A DNA stretch of 63,631 nucleotides, counting the filler, from Octopus bimaculoides (lineage: Eukaryota): the NCBI RefSeq assembly GCF_001194135.2. It is 7 parts of 7 records of this genome, joined end to end, with 100 filler letters (N's around TTAATTAATTAA, not from the genome) between each part and the next. Parts side by side here need not be neighbours in the genome. Positions count along the whole stretch, not along the records: positions 33,696 to 45,168 come from NC_068984.1; positions 45,269 to 49,126 come from NC_069003.1; positions 49,227 to 56,856 come from NC_069006.1; 4 more parts are not named here. One strand, given 5' to 3'. Shown here piece after piece: positions 38,221 to 50,722 of the stretch. The notes below the pieces were generated by a model. That model saw nothing but the letters and a program-made list of their open reading frames with translations, did not search any database and was not told where the DNA came from. Made by a program: the position numbers and the translations under genes. Every line of letters starts with the position of its first letter. Positions within the stretch are counted from its first letter, which is position 1.

Positions 38221-38587
38221 ATTGCTGTAGTTAAAGCACATGATTGTATACACATATACTGGTAGAGACTACAATCATTTGAAAACTCTGATCGAGAATT
38301 CCTTTTACTTATGTCAATTTTGGTAGTTTTCATTGCCTCATCAGTAAGGAGTGGCTTGACTTCAGCAGATTCCAGACTTAATTCTCTATCAGTATATGTT
38401 TCCACCATAAGAATTTCTGAATGGGTGAAAACATATTATACTGACAGAGAATTAAGTCCAGAATCTACCGTAAACAAGCCAGTCCTCACTGATGACATTA
38501 GTTTGAGGAATTCTCAATCAGTGTTCTCAGATGATTATAGTCTCTACCAGCATATATGCATACAATTATGTGCTTTGATAACAGCAT
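38221..38587. repeat. Imperfect long inverted repeat (~190/165-bp arms, 12-nt loop)
   Basis: 38233-38270 vs 38539-38576 match 34/38 as reverse complements. The opposite-strand ORFs 38142-38408 and 38311-38613 translate to similar text (YTDRELS..KP.LTD..SLYQ..CIQ.CAL). Confidence 0.92.
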
Positions 38588-39594
38588 TAGAGCATTTTAG
38601 CTCTTATTTCTAGCAATGTAGGTGTTTCTAACATCCTAGTCATATTTAATGATAATTATAGTTTTCCTTTTAGGTTAAACATTCCACCTGTTTCAGCCAT
38701 TGGATTGCACCCATGCTAGGACACTACCTTGAAGAGTTTAATTGAAAAAAAATCAACCCCAGTACATTTTTTTCAGCCTGGAAATTATTCTATTAGTCTC
38801 TTTTGCCAAACTGCAGGGTTATGGGGTGGAAAAACAAATCAACACCGGTTATTAAATAGTGGTAGAGAAAAACACAGAGATGCGTACACACACACTCACA
38901 CACACACACATAAACACACTCACACACACACGCATGCTATTTTTTTAAAATCTAACCATCCTAAATTTATTCTTATTGTGCTTGATAATTATAACAACAA
39001 TCACTTTAGGCATTTGTTCAGTGAGCCTATATGTATATGAATATGGGGGTGCATGTTTCTTGGTGTGTGAAAACATTTGTATGTATATACATATTTGTAT
39101 ATGATTGTATGTATGTGAGCGTGTATATGAATGTATGTGTGTCTATTCACATGAAAATACAAATCATTACACATATATCTTAGACAGTAAAAAGACGGTA
39201 TATTCAAACATGCCTCTAAACATAGCTACTAATTTCCAGTTCTGTGTAGTTTGCACTGATTTACTTTTGTCATATTTTAAATTCTGAAATACAATTGACA
39301 ACCCACAACTACCTTCTCTACTTCAGAAGCAGAACTTTCAATTACCTTCCCAAACTTATAAATATTACAGGTTCCTTCATTCTTGTAGTGATCAGCCAGC
39401 CTTCAGGCAAAATTGAGCAGATTGCAATTTTTTTGATATAAACACACACACATACACACACACGCACACACACCTGCACAAAAGCACACACATGTACGCT
39501 CACATACATACACTCACACACACATATGTGCATGCATGCAAACACACACGAGCTCTCTCCCCCCTCCCCCACACACTCACATGCATACACACTT

Positions 39595-39640
<46 letters not shown>

Positions 39641-39670
39641 TCTTTCTCTACCTCTCTCTCTGTGTCTCTC

Positions 39671-39707
<37 letters not shown>

Positions 39708-40366
39708 TTTACATGCACATACACACGTACACACACAAAACATCATCCTTGTTTTAACACTCCTTTTTATACTTGCTTGGGTCAGACAGCATTTGTTGAG
39801 GCAGATTTTCTGCAGCCAGATCTCCTTCCTGTCACCAACCCTCACCTACTGCCAAGCAAAGTAATGTTTCACCATGCCCAGGTATGATTCCAGAGAAGAT
39901 TGAGAACATATGGCCCAACTTGTATGACTGGTGATGCTTGTTTATAACTATCATGTGATGTGAAGACAAGGAGGCACAACTCTGTTTTGCTGTACTCAAG
40001 AAGACTCATGCTCCACAGGAAAATAATTAATGCTGCTCCCCTTGCTGAAGAGGACTGGCCTGCAAGAGCCCTGTGTTGGTGCCATGTAAAAAGAACATAT
40101 GTTGGTGCCACTGTGCAAGTGCTACGTAAAAAGCACCCAGCACACTTTGTAAAGTGGTTGGTGCAAGGAAGGGCATCCAGCCATAGAAACCAAATGAAAT
40201 TAGGCTAGAACCTGGTGTAGCTCTCCTGCTTACCTAGCTCTGGTCAAACCATTCATCCATGCCAGCGTGGAAGACAGATGTTAAATAATCATGATGATGC
40301 TACATACACACATACATACGTACATACATACGTACGTGCGTACATACATACATACATACATATATA

Positions 40367-42084
40367 TGAGGATGGGTTGAAAAGTTCATAGGTTGACTAT
40401 AAAGAAGTGATGCTGAACTGTGAGATCTTGTATGCATTAGTTTAAACACTAAATTCGACAACTGGCACCCATGCCAACGTCGTCTCCTTCATTGGACATG
40501 AAACTCGGCTTGCGAAGACCTGTTGGGGCTAGTGAAAATGAAATCGTGATGGCACCTGTGCCCAGCGTCGCCTTCCTGGCACTTGTGCCGGTGGCACATG
40601 TAAAGACATTCGAATGAGATCGTTGCCAGTGCCACTGAACTGGCTCCTGTGCAGCTGGCACGTAAAATACACCATTTTAAGCATGGCCGTTGCCAGTACT
40701 GCCTGACTGGCCCTTGTGCCGGTGGCACGTAAAAGCACCCACTACTCTCTCGGAGTGGTTGGCATTAGGAAGGGCATCCAGCTGTAGAAACTCTGCCAAA
40801 TCAGATTGGAGCCTGGTGTAGCCATTTGGTTCACCAGTCCTCAGTCAAATCATTCAACCCATGCTAGCATGGAAAGCGGACGTTAAACGATGATGATGAT
40901 GATGATGATGATGATATTGTTTCTCTTCAGCTAAACTGATATCTGACTGTTCAAACAAAATTTCAAAAGTAACTAGTAGCAACTTCTCTTGAAAATGGAC
41001 AAAATTTGACTTCATGGTGTTATCAAATACCCGCAGAAAATAGCCTTTACTTCCAATGATGGTCATACTGACCTGACATTAGGGGATGATTCTCCAGCTT
41101 TATCAGTTGTGCAAAAGTGAACAGTTGAATTTAGAACGGGAATGGAAAGTCTTGAAGATGTCCCAAGCTCTGGATGCTCTGCAACTGCCACCATTGGGGA
41201 AAACATTGATCATGTTCACTACTTACTGACAGATGGATGATAGGTGATTGACTATAAATCAAATAGCTAATGCTATTAGCATATCCCTTGAGTGAGCTGA
41301 GAATTTTCTGCACAACAAACTTGGCATGATAAAGGCTTCTGCCACATCTGACACCTAATCAAAAGTGCACCAGGCTGATCATGTCATGGAAAATCTGACA
41401 TTGTTTGAGGCAGGCCCAATTGGATTCTCTGAATGTTTCCTAAGCCAGGATGCATGTTGGGTTTATCACTTTGAGTCAGAGACAAAGAGACAATCCATGC
41501 AGTGGATACACCCACCTCACCTTCTTCAAAAATAGCCAAGGTGTTTCATCTGTAGGGAAAGCGAAGGCCTCAGGTTTTTTGGAATACAAAAGGCATCATG
41601 TTTATTCACTATCTTGAAAGGAGCCAAACCATCAATAATAAGTACTATGCCAATTTGCTGAGGCAGTTACAAAAGGCTATCAAGATCAAACGCCCAGAAA
41701 AACTGAGGAAAGGGGTCTTGTTTCATCAGGACAATGCTCCAGCGCACAAGTCCTTGGTTTTAATGGCTGCAGTGCATTACTGGCTTTGAACTGGCTGATC
41801 ACCCTCCCTAAGGTCCTGATGTGGCCCCATCTTACTATCATCTGTTCCATAACATGGGAAAACATTCGACTGGGGACCAGTATCTCAGTGATGATGATGT
41901 CATATCTGCTTTTGATGACGTTTTTGAAAAACAGGATGAAAGCTTGTTGACCAATAGGATCTGCAACACTGATGGAAGAAGTGAGTGGGTCACAAGGTGA
42001 GGACTATGTTGAAAAATAAACCCCATTTGGTCACATTCCATGAGAGTATTTTGGACAGCCTATGAACTTTTCAGCTGACCTTCA
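40367..42084 (+). mobile_element. Tc1/mariner transposon, full span but decayed, TA target duplication
   Basis: TIRs TGAGGATGGGTTGAAAAGTTCATAGG and CCTATGAACTTTTCAGCTGACCTTCA, both flanked by TA. Transposase text includes VLFHQDNAPAH and HPP..PDVAPSYYHLF. Confidence 0.9.
40456..40915 (+). mobile_element. RTE-like LINE 3'UTR fragment inserted into the mariner
   Basis: Family UTR with (GAT)n tail. It interrupts mariner 5' sequence that is contiguous in the copy at 58455-58978. Confidence 0.8.
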
Positions 42085-43684
42085 TACAAATATAGAAATT
42101 CAAAGATTCAAAGTGAGCTCACAATAAGCTCGTTGTCTGGTGCATGGTAATAGAGAAACAGTGGTTAGCACAAGGATATAATCTCACTATTGTTCTGAAA
42201 ATCCAAGAATCATAGTGGTGGAGTCTGGTTTTTTGATTGTTTTGACTTGTTCTGAATGTTCTGATGTGTAGTCTGTTTGTTATGTTACCTAATAGTTCCA
42301 TGCTGGCAATGAAAAGTAAGTCTAGCAATGATTATAAATGGTTGAATGAAACAGTATGGTCAAGACATTAATAGATAACAGGAGGTGCAGGCTTTGTTTG
42401 GCAGAGAAAAGATTCAATTTGAAATATTCCCTTCCTTCAGAGATCTACCTGAAGTTTATAAATGAGGATTTTTCTTTTTACCCTTATGAACACCAGTACA
42501 TTTCAGCCAGCTTGTTGGCTACACCCTAAGTATAAGGGTTGGCTCTTCCTCCATTGAAGTTTCCCCCACCACTAATAAGGAATTAGTATAATGTTCTTCC
42601 CACACTCAGCCTTTATACATATATAAACCTATTCATATTCATGTATGTTTACTCTTTTCTACCTCTCCCATGTGCCTCTATCCAACAATGTTCTTACCCA
42701 TCTCCACTTTACAGATATTACATGAACTGGAGTGGACCTTTTGCAACACAAATCCTAGCATGCAGGTCACTGGCTAAAAGGGACTCATTGAAAGAGCATA
42801 ACCCTGATGGGCTAAATGAGCCAGCCTGTTTCTTTACATTAATACATGTAAGTGTGTATGTGTATGTATGTGCATGTGTGTTTGCATATGTGTGTATGAT
42901 TCTGTCAACATTTCTGAATCAAATCATGTTACGTAAAAAACCTACTCATCTTTGATGATCTGACAATAAGTCTTGATTATGTAATGTACATTATGCACCT
43001 AATTATCACCTTGTGTCAATGGCATGTAAGATGGTGTGACTAAATATCTTACAAGCAATCTCTTATGTTCCCTTTTCTTTTTACTTGTAATTTGTGAAAC
43101 ACTCAAACCCCGGTTTCATAACAAATGATACAGATACAACACGAATGGGAATACACATGGTGTTCTGAATACTGGTTATTTGTCATGCAATTTAAAGTTT
43201 AAATAAGCACTAGATGAATACATACATGGAAAAAGGGTATCAACAGCTAAACAATTGGTATTGGGTCAGATTATAACATGTATATATTTCTCAAAGCATG
43301 AGAATAAAATTGCATGTTACAGGAATTTAGATCACAAGAGGTCAATAAAAGGTAGGTTGAGGAATGTTCATAATGGGTGTGATATATGTTGTTATTCTCC
43401 CAGAACAGTTTTAGAGTAATTCTAAGTTATTCATATTAAATAGTTGGTAAAGCTGGTCATCATAGGTAGAGGCCATTGCTAGTTAAGAAGGAAGAAGATA
43501 AACAGATAGCCCTTACAATTGTTTCAAGAACAGATGTTCAGAAGGTGCAGCCCCTGCCAGCAGTTGGTAGCCAACATTTTAGATGCAATCTATTCCATGA
43601 TTGGAGGAGCCCAAATTGTGTGTACCTATTATCTTATGCTATCAAGCATAAAGTTACTTGAAATTTAGATAGATAGATAGATAA

Positions 43685-43719
<35 letters not shown>

Positions 43720-44118
43720 CATACATACATACATACATACATACATGTACACACATATAGCTAGGTGTATGTGTATTATATGTTAATATGAATTTTATGA
43801 GTATATGTATATGTTTGAGTGCATATGTACCTGTTTGTATGCGTTTGTGGGAACAAATATTAAAGTATCTTTCTTTATGAAAGTTCAGATCTCAGAGGTT
43901 CATGTGCTATATATGCAATTTTTAGATATTAAGTTCATAGCATCGTGCCATGTATTATTCTTGTTTAACATTTTGCTTTTATCATTGTTGGCATTACCAT
44001 CTTACTACTTATATTCATATAAATTTTACATACATTTTCATTTCTATTATTATTTATCACTGCCTCCATTGCCTGGTTCCTCGCTCCACCATACCACACA
44101 CACACACACACACACACA

Positions 44119-45145
44119 TATAAAACCGGCCAACAAGGGTGGAGCCGTGGTGGTGTGGCACGTGGACCTCTACAAGGTGGAAACTCTCCACCAACTTCAA
44201 GACACCTCCTTCTACTGCCCTCTGCCCTCTGACCCCACACCCAGCTACCAACAGACTGTGTCCTCTACTATCCATGACTTCATATCCTCCTCCCGTCTCC
44301 CCCCACCGCCTCCAACCTCATTGTCCACACCCCTCGCACTCCCACAATTTACTTACTCCCCAAAATCCACAAACCTAACAACTCTGGCTGCCCCATCGTC
44401 TCCGCCTGCAACTGCCCCACCGAACTCATCTCCAGATATCTTGACTGTGTCCTTTCCCCCACTAGTGGCTTCCCTCCCCTCTCACATCTATGTGTTTCAT
44501 TTGTTCAACTCTTTCTCCTTCCCTCCTGGCCCCTCTAAACTTCTTTTCACTCTCGACATCCACAGCCTTTACACGGTGATCCCTCACCACGAGGGGCTGC
44601 ATGCACTCCAACATTTCCTTGACCTTCGACCCAACCTGACCCACATTCGTTCATCTGGCCGAACTTGTCCTCTCACTCAACTGCTTCTCGTTCACAGGTG
44701 ATTTTTACCAGCAGTTCTTGGGAGTGGCAATGGGAACGAGAATGGGTCCTTACTATGCGAATCTGTTCATTGGCTACGTTGAGGCCCAAATACACACATA
44801 TATATATTATATACATATATATCTATTTCACTGGTCCCACTCCTAAACTATATGGCCGTTATATTGACAACTGTATCGGTGCAACCTCACTCTCCCACGA
44901 ACAACTAGACTCCTTCCTCTCTTTTGTCAAATCTTTCCATCCTGCCCTCCACTTCTCCTGTACTATCTCTGACACTTCTGTCTCCTTTCTTGACATTTCG
45001 GTCAGCATTCATCACTCCACTCTCACCACCGCCATCCACCATCCACTACAAACACACAGACTCACACTCATACCTCAACTTCTCCTCCCACCCTAAACAC
45101 ACCAAGCTCTCTGTCCCCTATTCCCAATTCCTCCATCTACACAGC
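44119..45145 (+). mobile_element. Penelope-like element RT fragment (different PLE lineage, YIDD-type)
   Basis: Across frameshifts: IKPANKGGAVVVW, LFTLDIHSLYT.IPH.EGL, GVAMGTRMGPYYANLF, YGRYIDN, FLDI, YKHTDSHSYL. Confidence 0.85.
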
Positions 45146-45269
45146 CAGAGAGAGGAAAGAAGAAAGATNNNNNNNNNNNNNNNNNNNNNNNNNNNNNNNN
45201 NNNNNNNNNNNNTTAATTAATTAANNNNNNNNNNNNNNNNNNNNNNNNNNNNNNNNNNNNNNNNNNNNT

Positions 45270-45555
45270 ATATATTCTCTTTACTTGTTTCAGTCATTTG
45301 ACTGTGGCCATGCTGGAGCACTGCCTTTAGTCGAGCAGATCGACCCCAGGACTTATTCTTTGTAAGCCTAGTGCTTATTCTATCAGTATACACATATATA
45401 TATACATATATACGACGGGCTTCTTTCAGCTTCTGTCTACCAAATCTTTGGTACCAAGGCTTTGGTCGGCCTGAGGCTATAGTAGAAGACGCTTGCCCAA
45501 ACTGTCACGCAGTGGGAATGAACCCGGAACTATGTGGTTGGTAAGCAAGCTACTT
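45270..45555 (-). mobile_element. SINE family A body; head separated by a Tx1 insertion
   Basis: Family A reverse complement up to ...AAGCAAGCTACTT (45555). The missing head 13-mer ACAGCCACTCCTG is at 46161-46173. Confidence 0.8.
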
Positions 45556-46160
45556 TATTTCTTAAATATTTGCCATAAAAGCATTACAAAGAGGGGACGA
45601 ACAAGGACAGGCAAACATAAAAGAGTGAAGTAGCTGTAGCGATTAAAAAATCAACGATTTAAAAATACAATAATAATTTGATTATATTTATAATGTCTGA
45701 TTAAAGCATTGCTCATTACAGATGCAATTTGTAATGGCTTTCCTGAAGGACAGGCATCCGACCACCAGGGTAAACCCCTTGCTTTTTCTTTCCCTTGTTT
45801 TTGGCTCCCACTTACCTGGTGCGAAACACTCCCAGCTTCCTCGCCACAGTCTTCCATCTTCTCATGAATCTGTCTCGCGACAGATACCTCTTCTCCAGCC
45901 TGATCTTACTACTGAGGTGTTAACAAATAAAAGTTAACCAACCCCTGGCCAGATACAAAGGTATCCGTCACTGTGCCTCTTACACGTGTCTTCCATACTG
46001 TTTCTTTCAGTACGGCTACTACGCAGGAAAAGCAAGCCTTCTTTTCCCTGTTGAGGGAAGGAGGCGGCACAATCTCGATGATAGATTCAGCTGATAGCTG
46101 TACTCTTCCCATCGATGACAACAGTTGTTCTGTGAAAACTATCAGTTTCGTTAATTCCGG
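45556..46160 (-). mobile_element. Tx1/L1-clade 3' fragment with 3'UTR
   Basis: EQLLSSMGRVQLSAESIIEIVPP..AVLKETVWKTR is homologous to 1590-1895. Ends in AAGAAATAAAG on the minus strand. Confidence 0.85.
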
Positions 46161-46174
46161 ACAGCCACTCCTGA

Positions 46175-46341
46175 TATCACAGTATTCAATAAAATGAAGA
46201 TATTTTAATCACAAAGGCACCTAGGTAGAGTTGAGGATAGCATACCTGTGTACTAACAGTGTGTACAGACACCCATGTGCTTACTAAAGCATATACAAAT
46301 TTGTTCTTACAGTTACACATACCTCAGCCCATTTGTGTAAT

Positions 46342-46382
<41 letters not shown>

Positions 46383-48140
46383 AGAAGTGTACAGTATTAT
46401 ATATCCATCACGGCTGATCTTACCAATCAGTTTCGCACAAGGGGTATGACAGAGTGTTAGGTAACAACCTGGTTATATAACTCTATGCTCATCAGAGGTA
46501 GCTGATATAGAATGAAATATGGCGACTCTCTATTGTTGGAGGTGAAAGGACACATCCGGTTTGTGGTTGCTGTGAAAAGATGACGAAACAAACTGGGTAG
46601 GGGATGTAGTTAAGAGACTGAGACATTGTCACTGGGTTGGTTATGTTGTAAGTTGGTAAGAGCTATCATGAAGTGTTTGTGTGAACTGTATGCATCTTTC
46701 AGGTTGGTGTTCTTGAGGGAATGGGACATGTGTAGTAGTACGATATGTATAACTTTTCCAGGCGATGTAGGCATCCATTATTGTGTTCACTAGTGTGTTT
46801 TCTTTCTGTATTGGTTAAGGTCGTGGGGATTTTATGTGTGCATGCAGTGTGTGTAGGGGTACAATGTGTGTGTGGGAGTTTATATTGGAGGTGGTGCGAA
46901 ACAGTCTATTTGGTAGGTGTCCGCTGTGTTGGGGTATGTGTGTTTGTATGTGGGTGCATTAGTGAATGCCTGGTCAAACTCTTTGCTGTACTCCAGAATA
47001 TTGGTGGAGAGATGAGGCTACGGGGCTGGTGGTTGTAGTCATGATGGAGCGTGCAGCTATGATAGGATGAATTTCCTTTCGTGTGGGCAAGGATTAAACA
47101 CTTCACTTTTGCTATTCAGGTAAATGCCTGGGTACTGGATGCTCTTTAAAATCGCTCTTTTCTCTGTGGGGTATAACCTGCACTTCCTGCTGCTATTGAA
47201 GTATAGTTTACATCTCTCTAGGATCTTCCACTTTATTTTGTACTCGGTGGCGCTTTCTTTCAAAGACCAAATGTGCTTGGCCAAGGTTGTAGCGTTGCAT
47301 CTCTCCAGGATGTTAAAGGAGGACTTGTGGTTGTTAAAGTGGGTTCTGAAGGGGCCTTCAGTTGTTCCTACATACTTTCACATGTTTAATTGCCCATTTG
47401 GTCCTATAACTGTTACCTCTACCTCATATACGAAGGTCTCTGTGTTACAGTGGCCATTCAGTGGACATGTTGTGTTACCTCTACGTGAGCACCCTGCCTG
47501 TGTCTTGGGTGTGGGCCTACTTACTAAATTTTTTTCCACATTAGGGGCACAGCTAAAGGAAATTCTCAGAGTATTCCTATTGAATATTTTGTTGAATGTA
47601 TTTGTATGGGGTAAGTGCTTATTAACTAAGCTAAGAAAAATCTTACCTACTTGGGTTTTAACACTGAAAGAGAAGGGTAGTTTAAACTACAATACTTCCC
47701 CGTGTTGCTTTCTCTTGGAGGGGTTAGGTTCTGGCATGTGACTAATCCTGTCCTTAAAATCACTGGCAGCCAGGGCTTCATTGTAGTACGGGGTGGCAGC
47801 ATCAAAAATCTCTTTGCTTGAAGATAAGCTGGAGAATCTTCTGCTGACACCCTTTACCAGGTTCTTGAAAACTATGGTTGGATGACAGAAACCTGTGCTA
47901 ATGTATGATAGCTTCTCATTTGGCTTTCTAAAGGGTCTATAGGCACCAGGGTCACATCAAGGAAATCCACTATTCTTAGGTTGGTTTCTACAGTCCAAGG
48001 GAGTTCATAGTGCTGGTGATGTCCTTTCTAAGTCTCTCTAGCATGTGGCCATTTGCCTCTCTTGATATTGCTGGTGCATCATTCCTGTAGAGGCCAAAGC
48101 TAGTTGAAGGGAATGTTCTTTTGAGTACGTTTAGGATGTT
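46175..48140 (-). mobile_element. Penelope-like element, RT C-half plus GIY-YIG plus 3' terminal repeat region
   Basis: FGLYRNDA, VDFLDVTL, CPLNGHC, KHIWSLK..IKWKIL..KCRLY..LNSKSE..CPH..KF. Downstream are a hammerhead and an AG/GTATGT donor (46321-46322). Confidence 0.87.
46407..46506 (-). ncRNA. Type I hammerhead ribozyme motif
   Basis: Minus strand: ATCAGCTACCT-CTGATGA-GCATAG...CTTGTGC-GAAA-CTGATTG-GTA-AGATCAGCCGTGAT. Intact core, paired stem II base, bulged extended stem I, GUA cleavage triplet. Confidence 0.72.
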
Positions 48141-48805
48141 TATAAACACACACATACATACATACACACACATACATATAAATGTATGTGTATATATATA
48201 TATATATATATATNNNNNNNNNNATATATATATATATATATATACAAGAGTTATGGAATGGAGTAAGATCCAGGCTACATATGTTTAATAGCAAGTGGAA
48301 CCTTAGAAGTGGTAAAAATCCAAGCGAGGTGTATACTGCAGGCTTCTCTTCAGGCCAAGTTTATCTTGATTGAATTAAAGGTCACATTGTTGCAAGGAGG
48401 CACATGTTGACACATGGAAGATTCAATCAGAATGTGTAGAATGCTCTGTAGGAGTAGAGAATATAAATGTAGCGAGAAATAAATATTAAAAGAAGGAAAA
48501 AAGAAAATATAAGGGAGTGAGAGGAAAGTAAAGTCATTTGACAGGTAGTAAACAATAGGGCTGTTTTGGCTGAGTCACAAAATTTAGCATGGGGGGTGGT
48601 ATTTGAAGAAAAGATAATTTGAAGGGAAGAGAGTGGGGAAATATTTTTGATCAAGGGGGAGAAAGAAAGTTTGTATGAAGAAAGGAAGATAAAGTGAGGA
48701 ATTTAAACATGGTCATTTGACCAGTGGCATTCAATAGGGCTATTTTAGCTAGATCACAAAAATTAGCAAGGGAAGTGGTATTAGGATATATATATATATA
48801 TATAT

Positions 48806-48900
48806 ACTAGCAGAAATACCCGGCTTTGCCCGGGTTAAAGAGAATAATGAAATCTAAAAACGCCGTCTAGACTACGCAACCCTCAACTGTTAGTAGCTAC
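48806..48900 (+). mobile_element. Possible non-autonomous Helitron-like (Lep1-type) terminus
   Basis: T-ACTAG-CAGAAATA-CCCGGC-TTT-GCCCGGG hairpin start after (TA)n. Based on recalled terminal structure only. Confidence 0.4.
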
Positions 48901-49245
48901 GATACCATATTTCTACATTAATAACTCTCCAATCCATGCCAGCATGGAACATAGACATTAAGTGGAATGCCAGTCTCTCATCTAGGAGGGCCTTGAAATC
49001 AATGTTACCAACTGGGGACTATGTGTGTCGTAGTGATAATAAAAAGACCCAAAGGAGGTCTGCAACAAAATAATTTTACTCAACACTTTGCAAGTGAATC
49101 AGTGGAGGCAAAGATGCGTCTCATTTNNNNNNNNNNNNNNNNNNNNNNNNNNNNNNNNNNNNNNNNNNNNTTAATTAATTAANNNNNNNNNNNNNNNNNN
49201 NNNNNNNNNNNNNNNNNNNNNNNNNNACATATATATATATATATG

Positions 49246-49278
<33 letters not shown>

Positions 49279-49877
49279 CAATCACTCAGCTGTAGAAATG
49301 AGTTGCAACATTGCTGATATCAAGCTGTATCGACCTTTGCCTTTCCCTTGGATATCATTGGTGGTGTGGAGAAGGGAGGCTGGTGTATATGGTTGACTTC
49401 TGGTCTTCCATAAACACACTTGCCTGGACTTGTGCCTGGGAGGGTAACTTTCTAGGGGCAACCCTATGGTTATTCGTGATTGAGTTATGTGTGATTGGTG
49501 GGGTCTTTATCCTGTGATAATACAGAAGGGTTTCCAACATAGTGATGGCTTGAGGAGAGTTTTCTACAGCATCTGAGTAGCCCCTAATTGATTCTGCTGT
49601 TTGGTGCAAGAGCATCTCTGATGGGGATTTTTCACATTTCACCATGTTAACATGTAGGGTCAGAACATGGTCAGAAAACTATTATACCAATGATTGGAAG
49701 CAATTATACTACATGCATACATACATGTATGTGTGTCGTTGTTGGTGTGTATTCTTGTAAATGAGCTGGCAGGGGTGGGTGGGGTGGAGATAAGGAAAGG
49801 CTTCCACCCACAGAAAATCTGCCCCAACAAATTTCATTTGGTTCATGCAAGCAAGGAAAAGAAGACATTAAATGATA

Positions 49878-49918
<41 letters not shown>

Positions 49919-50688
49919 TATATATANNNNNNNNNNNNNNNNNNNNNNNNNNNNNNNNNNNNNNNNNNNNNNNNNNNNNNNNNNNNNNNNNNNNNNNNNN
50001 NNNNNNNNNNNNNNNNNNNNNNNNNNNNNNNNNNNNNNNNNNNNNNNNNNNNNNNNNNNNNNNNNNNNNNNNNNNNNNNNNNNNNNNNNNNNNNNNNNNN
50101 NNNNNNNNNNNNNNNNNNNNNNNNNNNNNNNNNNNNNNNNNNNNNNNNNNNNNNNNNNNNNNNNNNNNNNNNNNNNNNNNNNNNNNNNNNNNNNNNNNNN
50201 NNNNNNNNNNNNNNNNNNNNNNNNNNNNNNNNNNNNNNNNNNNNNNNNNNNNNNNNNNNNNNNNNNNNNNNNNNNNNNNNNNNNNNNNNNNNNNNNNNNN
50301 NNNNNNNNNNNNNNNNNNNNNNNNNNNNNNNNNNNNNNNNNNNNNNNNNNNNNNNNNNNNNNNNNNNNNNNNNNNNNNNNNNNNNNNNNNNNNNNNNNNN
50401 NNNNNNNNNNNNNNNNNNNNNNNNNNNNNNNNNNNNNNNNNNNNNNNNNNNNNNNNNNNNNNNNNNNNNNNNNNNNNNNNNNNNNNNNNNNNNNNNNNNN
50501 NNNNNNNNNNNNNNNNNNNNNNNNNNNNNNNNNNNNNNNNNNNNNNNNNNNNNNNNNNNNNNNNNNNNNNNNNNNTACAATTTTAATATCAAAGATCACT
50601 ATGGATCACACAGGTTGTAATCCTTTGAAACATATGTAGGAATAAAGTATGCAATTATAACATGCGTTTTCTCCAATCCTTAAATTCT

Positions 50689-50722
<34 letters not shown>

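Noticed and set aside
38142-38613. Two homologous convergent ORFs as a paralogous gene pair
   Set aside because: They are the two arms of one DNA inverted repeat; no recognisable protein features.
43456-43482. VIIGRG as the missing aPKC glycine-rich-loop exon
   Set aside because: Followed by HC-stop rather than SYAKV; no convincing splice sites.
43805-44701. 298-aa ORF as a host gene
   Set aside because: AT-rich intron plus (CA)n running into a frameshifted Penelope RT.
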